DNA of 64,000 nucleotides from an uncultured archaeon (lineage in GTDB: Archaea; Thermoplasmatota; Penumbrarchaeia; JASLWR01). The stretch is from assembly GCA_964342815.1 (NCBI GenBank), contig CAYFHS010000007.1, positions 1-64,000 on the forward strand. The letters run 5' to 3'. The translations under genes were made by a program, and so were the position numbers. The notes below the pieces were generated by a model. That model did no database searches. It was given only the letters and a program-made list of their open reading frames with translations, and was not told the origin of the DNA. Positions within the stretch are counted from its first letter, which is position 1, and each line of letters starts with the position of its first letter. This document shows positions 57,605 to 64,000 of this stretch, piece after piece.

Positions 57605-57985
57605 ATGAAAAGGGATAAAAACGAAGATCTGCTGTTTCCCGTAGATTTTATCGCTCCCGGCGAGGAGTGCATACCGGGCGAAGGAACCTATGAAGAGGAC
57701 GGAAATATTTTCTCCTCCGTTATGGGTGAGCTGAGACTGAACTGAAACGAGATGACGGCCGAGGTGATGCCACGAGATCGGTTTCCCGCAAAGCTCAAGG
57801 ACAGAGATGTAGTAATTGGAAGGGTAAGTAAGATACAGAAGGGATGCGTTGTCGTGGATATTTACTGCACGAAAACAAATAACCGGAACGTCACCGGTGA
57901 AACAAAGGCAAGACTGAATTGTACGAATTGTGATATCATTCTCCGGAGGAAGATCGCCGGGGATTATGGGGAATGGTCAATTTGA
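57605..57985 (+). pseudogene. csl4: Exosome subunit Csl4 remnant (in-frame TGA at 57743-57745 plus internal deletion)
   Basis: 'EECIPGEGTYEEDGNIFSSVMG', 'DVVIGRV', terminal 'C..C....RKIAGDYG'; the second half of the S1 domain and the first Zn-ribbon CxxC are missing. Confidence 0.8.
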
Positions 57986-58004
57986 TCAATACTAGTTCCG
58001 GGAG

Positions 58005-58697
58005 TTGCTCATGACAGGCAGATATATAATTGAAACGGAAGATCTGACCAAGATTTATCGAATAGGGCCGAACCGGGTTCACGCGATCAAAGATCTAACC
58101 CTTCGTATTTCACGAGGAACTTTCCTCGCAATAGAAGGCAGTTCGGGTTCTGGAAAATCGACTCTCCTTAATATGATGGGTTGTATCGACCGGCCAACGT
58201 CTGGAAAAGTTATTTTCGACGGCGAGGACGTTTCAAAGAAAAGCGATTCAATGCTCACCCGCCTTCGTCTGATGAATATTGGCTTCGTTTTCCAGCAGTT
58301 CTATCTGATACCCACACTGAAAGCGGTGGAGAATATTACTCTTCCTATAAAGGAGGCCGGTATGGGTAGATCCAGCAGACGGGAGCGTGCTTTTTATCTC
58401 TTGGAGATGATGGGACTTCGCGATAGAGCCACCCACTATCCTAATCAATTGTCCGGGGGAGAGCAGCAGAGGGTGGCCATTGCCAGAGCGCTGGCAAACG
58501 ACCCCAAAGTGATCCTTGCCGATGAGCCAACCGGTGAATTGGACTCCGGCACCGGTGGTAAGATCGCAGAACTTCTGGCAATGCTCAACAGGGAAAAAGG
58601 GATAACCGTTGTAGTGGTCACTCATGACAGTGCAATGGCTTCAAGGGCGTCGAAGAGAATCTCTCTTAAGGACGGCCGAATGGTGAATACCCGATAA
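58005..58697 (+). CDS. ABC transporter ATP-binding protein (LolD/MacB-like)
   Basis: 'GSSGSGKST', 'GFVFQQFYL', 'LSGGEQQRVAIARAL', 'ADEPTG', 'VTHD'. Confidence 0.93.
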   Translation: MLMTGRYIIETEDLTKIYRIGPNRVHAIKDLTLRISRGTFLAIEGSSGSGKSTLLNMMGCIDRPTSGKVIFDGEDVSKKSDSMLTRLRLMNIGFVFQQFYLIPTLKAVENITLPIKEAGMGRSSRRERAFYLLEMMGLRDRATHYPNQLSGGEQQRVAIARALANDPKVILADEPTGELDSGTGGKIAELLAMLNREKGITVVVVTHDSAMASRASKRISLKDGRMVNTR

Positions 58698-58713
58698 TGA
58701 TACCATAAAGAGG

Positions 58714-59418
58714 GTGATAATGGTGGTGAATAGCAATATTTCGGTGGTGGTGACAGATGTTGATGCTACCATAACCGACAATTTTCGAAGGATTCATCTG
58801 GAATCCATCCGAATGATCCGTGTATTGAAAGAGATGGGGATCCCAACCATACTTGCTTCCGGGAACGCCTATCCCGTTATTTTATATCTTGCGAAATTCA
58901 TTGGAACCGGCAGTCCGGTGGTGGCGGAGAACGGTGGAGTTGTGGCCTGGGAAGAACGACGGATAAAAAAAATTCTCGGCTGCAGGGAAAAACCTCTCAG
59001 CTTCGTGAAAGACCTTAAGAAAGAATATCAAATCACTCATCTTGAAAGTGACGCGTGGAGGGAAAGCGAGGTAGTTATTACCAGGGATATGGACTACGAA
59101 AACCTACGTTCCAGGGCAGCTGTCAGGGGTTTTAAGGTGGAGGATACGAAATTCGCCTATCACATTTCCCAGCCGGATGTTAGGAAAGCAGCGGGGGTGC
59201 AGATCGCTCTGGATCTAATGGGCCTCGTTGCGTCCGATGCCCTTGCCATCGGCGACTCGCAGAATGATATTGAAATGTGCGGGATCTGCGGGCAGGGAGC
59301 CGCCGTAGGCAATGCGACCCATGAAATGAAGGCTGCAGCCGACTACGTGGCCACCAGCAGTTTCGGAGCTGGTTTCGTTGAAATCATCAAGAAATTCTTC
59401 CCGCAGCTAACAGAATGA
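58714..59418 (+). CDS. HAD-superfamily phosphoglycolate phosphatase (archaeal type)
   Basis: 'DVDATIT', 'LASGN', 'AENGG', 'K..G', 'IGDSQND'. Confidence 0.88.
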   Translation: MIMVVNSNISVVVTDVDATITDNFRRIHLESIRMIRVLKEMGIPTILASGNAYPVILYLAKFIGTGSPVVAENGGVVAWEERRIKKILGCREKPLSFVKDLKKEYQITHLESDAWRESEVVITRDMDYENLRSRAAVRGFKVEDTKFAYHISQPDVRKAAGVQIALDLMGLVASDALAIGDSQNDIEMCGICGQGAAVGNATHEMKAAADYVATSSFGAGFVEIIKKFFPQLTE

Positions 59419-59507
59419 GAAATGGGAAATATTTGGATAATCTCCGTTTTTCGACCAAAATTATATTAAAACAGCTCAGTATTTCGCCTTTCCGTGCATT
59501 TATCCGT

Positions 59508-59606
59508 GCCGGGGTGGCTCAGCCTGGCGGAGCGTCGGACTCATAGGGAACTACAAACAGCTCCTGGGCTATCCGAAGGTCGCGGGTTCAAACCCCGCCC
59601 CCGGCA
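59508..59606 (+). tRNA. tRNA-Met (CAU, elongator-like) with a 25-nt intron at 37/38 (59546-59570)
   Basis: GCCGGGG/CCCCGGC acceptor stem, TCGGA/TCCGA anticodon stem, anticodon CAT 59542-59544; bulge-helix-bulge with C32UCA35 pairing to intron UGGG. Confidence 0.93.
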
Positions 59607-59689
59607 CTTGTCCACTTTTGGTAGGTTGATAATCTAATTCTGATAATTTTCTTTTGATAAAAACGCACAGGTAAAAGAAGTGGTACTAT

Positions 59690-60043
59690 ATGGAATATAA
59701 ATTGGTAGTGGCGGTGAGAAGTGATCTTGGTCTCTCGAAGGGAAAAACGGCGGTGCAGGCTGCCCATGCTGCCGTCTCCTGCGCGTTGGCTGCACAAAAA
59801 CAATACCCGAAGGTTATGGAAAGATGGTTTCAGGAAGGTCAGAAAAAGGTGGTGGTCCGTGTTCCGGGTGTAAAAGAGATATTCGAACTGAAGAAAATGG
59901 CCGAGAAGATGGATCTGGTCACCTATGTTGTGACGGATGCCGGACTCACCGAGGTGAAGCCGGGCACAGTAACTTGTATCGGAATTGGTCCCGACAAGGA
60001 AAGCCTTCTGGATCCACTCACTGGTGGATTGAAATTGATCTAG
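59690..60043 (+). CDS. pth2: Peptidyl-tRNA hydrolase Pth2
   Basis: 'R.DL.LSKGK.A.QAAHA', 'GQKKVV', 'DAGLTEV.PG..T..GIGP'. Confidence 0.96.
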   Translation: MEYKLVVAVRSDLGLSKGKTAVQAAHAAVSCALAAQKQYPKVMERWFQEGQKKVVVRVPGVKEIFELKKMAEKMDLVTYVVTDAGLTEVKPGTVTCIGIGPDKESLLDPLTGGLKLI

Positions 60044-60050
60044 TACAATC

Positions 60051-60632
60051 ATGAATAGAATGAAAGAGAACCGGAGAATTCTGGCCATCGACGACGGGCC
60101 TTTCAAGTTCGGGGACCCCACTGCCGATATCGTGGGTGTTCTCTCCCGAGGTCCCTCTTATATAGAGGTTATAATGAAGAGTTATGTTGAAGTGGACGGC
60201 CGTGATTCAACAGAAAAGATAATTTCAATGATCAAAAGCAGTGGATACACAGAGCAGGTGAGTCTCATATTGCTTGACGGAGCTGCTTTTGGGGGATTCA
60301 ACGTTTTTGATATATTCGAGATCAACGAAAAGTTGGACATCCCTGTCATGACCGTTACGCGTAGATCCCCGGATATTGAACGGATTAAAAATGCACTATC
60401 GGCCCACTTCGAGGATTGGAGTGAGCGATTGGCAATAATAACAAAAGGAAATATCCATGAGCTGACGGTAAATGGGGGTAAGGTCTACGTGAAGCCAGCA
60501 GGGTTGGAGATAAGCGAAGGCCGGGCCGTTCTTACGAGATTCACGGTACAGGGGCTCATCCCGGAACCTTTACGCATGGCTCACATGGTTGCTGCAGTCC
60601 TGAAAAAGAATATTAGCTCGGGAAAAGCATAA
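60051..60632 (+). CDS. DUF99 family protein (endonuclease V-like fold)
   Basis: 'ILAIDDGPF', 'VDGRDST', 'LDGAAFGGFN', 'PEPLRMAH'. Confidence 0.88.
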   Translation: MNRMKENRRILAIDDGPFKFGDPTADIVGVLSRGPSYIEVIMKSYVEVDGRDSTEKIISMIKSSGYTEQVSLILLDGAAFGGFNVFDIFEINEKLDIPVMTVTRRSPDIERIKNALSAHFEDWSERLAIITKGNIHELTVNGGKVYVKPAGLEISEGRAVLTRFTVQGLIPEPLRMAHMVAAVLKKNISSGKA

Positions 60633-60647
60633 AATCGTCCAATTCGG

Positions 60648-61409
60648 TCATTCCTCTGTTTTGGTTTTCACCTTTCGTCTCTTAGTGGGTCTCTTGGACA
60701 GGTCTTGTGATTTGTATATGGAATACGGCACCTTGGTGCGTTTTCTTTTCGCCCTGGGACTCTCCAAATCATCTTCACTTTCCTCGATTATAATCGGTTC
60801 CACGATCAGAGATTTGAAGGTCTTATCGAACTCCCGCAACAGCTCACGCTTGAACATCTCAAGTTTCCCCTGCCCCTGTTCCCACTCCAGTTCCAGTTGA
60901 GAGATGGTCCCTACTGCCATGACATCGAAATAAGATTTCAGCATCTTTTCAAAAAAGAAATCCTTGAGTACTTCGAATTCCAGGCTTGAAATGTTCATAT
61001 TCATTGCCAGATACCTGCTCCCTAAATATTTACAGAGTTTCTGCAAATTGATGTTTTCATATGAAAATAAGGTCTGCCCAATTTTAATTCCCGGAAAGAT
61101 GCTCTTGAAACGGTTCTGGTTCTCGGGATTATCCATTATGGAAATGAACTTCTTTATAGGCGTAATGTTCTTCTTCGTGAAATATTCACTCAAGTGTTTA
61201 AGGTTCTTCAATTCCCGGATATCGGTTTTTTCCATAATATTGGTAATATCGAGATTATGCATCAGGACAGCCCCAAGATACAAGCTCGTAGAATCCTCAA
61301 TATCGGCGTAATATATCTTTGAAAGAGGATGAGCCGATTCTTTTGAGATGAATTCCATTGTTCTTTTCAATTTTGAGGAAACCTTCAAAGCAAAGATCTT
61401 TTTTCCCAT
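60648..61409 (-). CDS. Hypothetical protein with acidic then highly basic C-terminal tail
   Basis: 253-aa ORF with AGGTGTGA upstream of ATG; no family recognised. Confidence 0.65.
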   Translation of the reverse strand: MGKKIFALKVSSKLKRTMEFISKESAHPLSKIYYADIEDSTSLYLGAVLMHNLDITNIMEKTDIRELKNLKHLSEYFTKKNITPIKKFISIMDNPENQNRFKSIFPGIKIGQTLFSYENINLQKLCKYLGSRYLAMNMNISSLEFEVLKDFFFEKMLKSYFDVMAVGTISQLELEWEQGQGKLEMFKRELLREFDKTFKSLIVEPIIIEESEDDLESPRAKRKRTKVPYSIYKSQDLSKRPTKRRKVKTKTEE

Positions 61410-61591
61410 TTTTCACACCTGATCGCTCAATTTACAAGTACAATCGTTAAATATATGTTAAACTATTTATTAGTATTCGTTTAATAATATTATATCATAT
61501 TGTTAACGATTGGTTTAATATCACTACCAAAATATTTATATTCCAAAGAAAGCGATTAGGGGTAAAATGAATTTTTCCAGAGGTAGATAAA

Positions 61592-64000
61592 ATGGGAACA
61601 AACGAGATAGCAAAACGAACGATAAACATAATGATAGTCATCAGCATGATTTTGGGGTCCCTTTCAGCATTAGTTTTCCTTGCGGATCGGGTCAGCGCGG
61701 GACCAATAGTGAGTATTGAGGTCACAGGTCAGAAAAGCGGTGGTGCCACGGAGAGTGGAGATCCAGGTGACGATATCCTGTTCAATGTGAGAGTGGAGAA
61801 CAATGGAGACGCTATTGCTACCATCAACCTTACTGTAATTGGCACTCCCGGTGGATGGACCACAACCTTAACGGGAAAGAACTTCACAGTAGCCGCCGGA
61901 AATCATCAAACTGAGATACTCCGGGTGAGTATTCCCGCCAATGCGGTGGAAACCGCTTCGGCTTCATTGACCGTAAAGTGCAGCACAAATAACAAACAGG
62001 ATTCATGTGAGGTATTGGTGGACCAGGTATACGGACTTATCTTTGAAACCGCTGATACAATCGAATCCTCACTCCCTGATAAAACAATAACATTCACCTT
62101 ACCCATAAACAATACTGGAAATGGTATCGATACCACATCGTTCACATCCAGCGGAGCTCCGGGCACATGGGCCGTTTCGTTCGATTCCACAAAGAACCTG
62201 CCTGCTTTCACGGTTGCGAATCTCCAGGTCGCCGTGTACATACCCGAGAGTGCTTCCACCGGGACATACAGCGTCACCATCAGGGGAACTTCCGAAGACA
62301 CTGTTACCTACTCAACGAAAACATTGACCATTACCGTGCTCGCTGAATACGGGCTCACAGTCAGCACACTACCTTCGGGAAACCAGCAAAGCAAGCCAGG
62401 AGGAAGGGTGACTTACACTCTTAATGTCGAGAACGTGGGCAATGCTAGAGACCGATTTGATCTTGCCATAGATACCGGCAACAAGACCGGTGGATGGACC
62501 GCCACTCTAGGAACTGCCCGAACTCCACAGGTTTCTGCAGGCGCGAAATATAATGTATCTTTATATGTGACGGCTCCCATTAGTGCCAAGGACACTGATC
62601 TGGGATATGTCAATGTAACGGCCACGTCCCAGAACAACGCCAGCCAATCCGAAGTGGCTTATACCATAACCAACGTACTCCAGGAAAGATACCTTTCCCT
62701 GTCCGTTGATAATTCATCGGTAGAGGGACCTCAGAAGGGATCGGTCCGCTTCACTTTTACGGTTACCAATTCAGGAAACGGCCAGGACCGTGTTGATATA
62801 ACCGGTGAGCCCCCGCAGGGGTGGTCCTCACCCAATATATCGCCCACTTATTTTGCACTTGCAGCAGGAGCCTCGGGGCAGTTCACGGTGGATCAGGGGA
62901 TACCATCCGATGCACTGCACCAGGGTTATACCTTGATAGTCAAGGCCAAATCCAGGGATGACAATACGAACAGCACATCCAGCGTAACTGTGGACGTGAC
63001 GCAGAAATACGGGATTCAGGTCACGGTACCCGGCTCGAACTCCAAGGATTTCAATCCAGGAGCCACAAAGGTATATAACTTCACAGTGAAGAACAAAGGA
63101 AATGGTGAGGACACTTTCTCAATTTCCCAAAGCGGGATACCTCAAGGGTGGTCATGGGCATTATCCGACAGCAGTGTTTCCCTTGGAGCAGACAAGGACC
63201 AGAACGTGGGATTGACCGTCACCGTACCCAACAACTACGAGAACTTCGGGCCTTTGGAGGTTGAACTGATCGCGGTATCCGATGGGAACGCCACCGCAAG
63301 GGACAACTCTACAAAGATAATCATCAACGTACAGAAGTCTTACAGCGTTGTTCTCACCTGCAATAATCCGAACCAGAACGGATTCCCGGAAGACACCATA
63401 TATTACGAGATCACCATAACCAATGACGGTAACGCGGAGGATCTTATAGACATATCCATTGACCAAGGAGCTTACAGCGATTGGTCTTCCATAAACGACA
63501 CTCTCTACACCATTGCTCCAAACGCACGCTCAACGGTAAACCTGACCGTTAATATTCCCGCCGCCCAGGCCGCAGGATACTATAACATTAATATAACGGC
63601 AACATCCAAACGGGCAGAGGACCAGGGTGCGACTAAAAAAGATACAATGGCAACCCGCACCAGGGTCAAACCACTTTACAGCGTATATCTATTTGCTGAC
63701 GGGGGCAACGTTTCCGAGGTCGATGCAGGTCAAAGCAATACTTACCGCCTTGGCGTGCAGAACCGGGGGCTTGATACGGATACCTTTGATATTTCCATTA
63801 CTGGCGACAACCCTTTCACGAACTGGGTTAATATGGAATACAATAATTATACAATCGAGAACCTTGGAAAGGATAAAATCGAAAAGATTTCCTTTGACAT
63901 AACGATCCCGGCAAACGTATTTGAAAACTATCCCAAAATCAACTCGGGTACCATCACCATCACTGCAGCATCAAGAGGCAATCCCGCCAGTACTTTTACT
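61592..64000 (+). CDS. Large secreted surface protein with at least 7 tandem ~110-aa Ig-like (NEW3/CARDB-like) repeats; runs off the window end
   Basis: Manual translation, not in the ORF track: ATG 61592 after GAGGT; signal peptide; recurring 'V.N.GN..D.F', 'GW', 'V.IP..A..G.Y'. My reading found no in-frame stop through 64000. Confidence 0.88.
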   Translation, partial: MGTNEIAKRTINIMIVISMILGSLSALVFLADRVSAGPIVSIEVTGQKSGGATESGDPGDDILFNVRVENNGDAIATINLTVIGTPGGWTTTLTGKNFTVAAGNHQTEILRVSIPANAVETASASLTVKCSTNNKQDSCEVLVDQVYGLIFETADTIESSLPDKTITFTLPINNTGNGIDTTSFTSSGAPGTWAVSFDSTKNLPAFTVANLQVAVYIPESASTGTYSVTIRGTSEDTVTYSTKTLTITVLAEYGLTVSTLPSGNQQSKPGGRVTYTLNVENVGNARDRFDLAIDTGNKTGGWTATLGTARTPQVSAGAKYNVSLYVTAPISAKDTDLGYVNVTATSQNNASQSEVAYTITNVLQERYLSLSVDNSSVEGPQKGSVRFTFTVTNSGNGQDRVDITGEPPQGWSSPNISPTYFALAAGASGQFTVDQGIPSDALHQGYTLIVKAKSRDDNTNSTSSVTVDVTQKYGIQVTVPGSNSKDFNPGATKVYNFTVKNKGNGEDTFSISQSGIPQGWSWALSDSSVSLGADKDQNVGLTVTVPNNYENFGPLEVELIAVSDGNATARDNSTKIIINVQKSYSVVLTCNNPNQNGFPEDTIYYEITITNDGNAEDLIDISIDQGAYSDWSSINDTLYTIAPNARSTVNLTVNIPAAQAAGYYNINITATSKRAEDQGATKKDTMATRTRVKPLYSVYLFADGGNVSEVDAGQSNTYRLGVQNRGLDTDTFDISITGDNPFTNWVNMEYNNYTIENLGKDKIEKISFDITIPANVFENYPKINSGTITITAASRGNPASTFT

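Noticed and set aside
57743-57745. TGA as selenocysteine or programmed readthrough in csl4
   Set aside because: The position is not a conserved Cys, and the gene carries a second lesion (large deletion).
435-63902. Numerous 60-200-aa antisense or alternative-frame ORFs in the track
   Set aside because: They overlap well-supported genes, lack motifs and RBS, and are expected shadows.

Overview
Archaeal chromosomal segment, most likely from an uncultured Thermoplasmatota lineage. Markers are archaeal-type TyrS, Trm1, RtcB, ABCE1, Hjc, the rplX(L18Ae)-pfdA-ftsY order, GGTGA/GGAGG ribosome-binding sites, an intron-containing tRNA-Met, DUF835 and a PGF-CTERM protein. The window holds about 52 CDS, mostly translation, RNA-modification and repair housekeeping genes plus several secreted Ig-repeat surface proteins, and two tRNAs (Asp-GUC; Met-CAU with a 25-nt BHB intron). 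No CRISPR array, rRNA, integrase or transposase was recognised. Main points of interest: (1) a ~340-nt hairpin-dense intergenic element at 5398-5734 with a duplicated, covarying stem-loop motif; (2) an isochorismatase + CxxC-less TrxB-like + truncated RlmN-like radical SAM operon; (3) QueF and a bacterial-type TGT coexisting with archaeosine synthase ArcS; (4) a 1417-aa HerA/DUF87 ATPase with a 30x15-bp repeat, DUF835 and a wHTH region; (5) three genes that appear to start at ATA/ATT; (6) a decayed csl4 and a frameshifted J-domain gene. All family calls come from motif recognition by eye. No database search or folding program was run.
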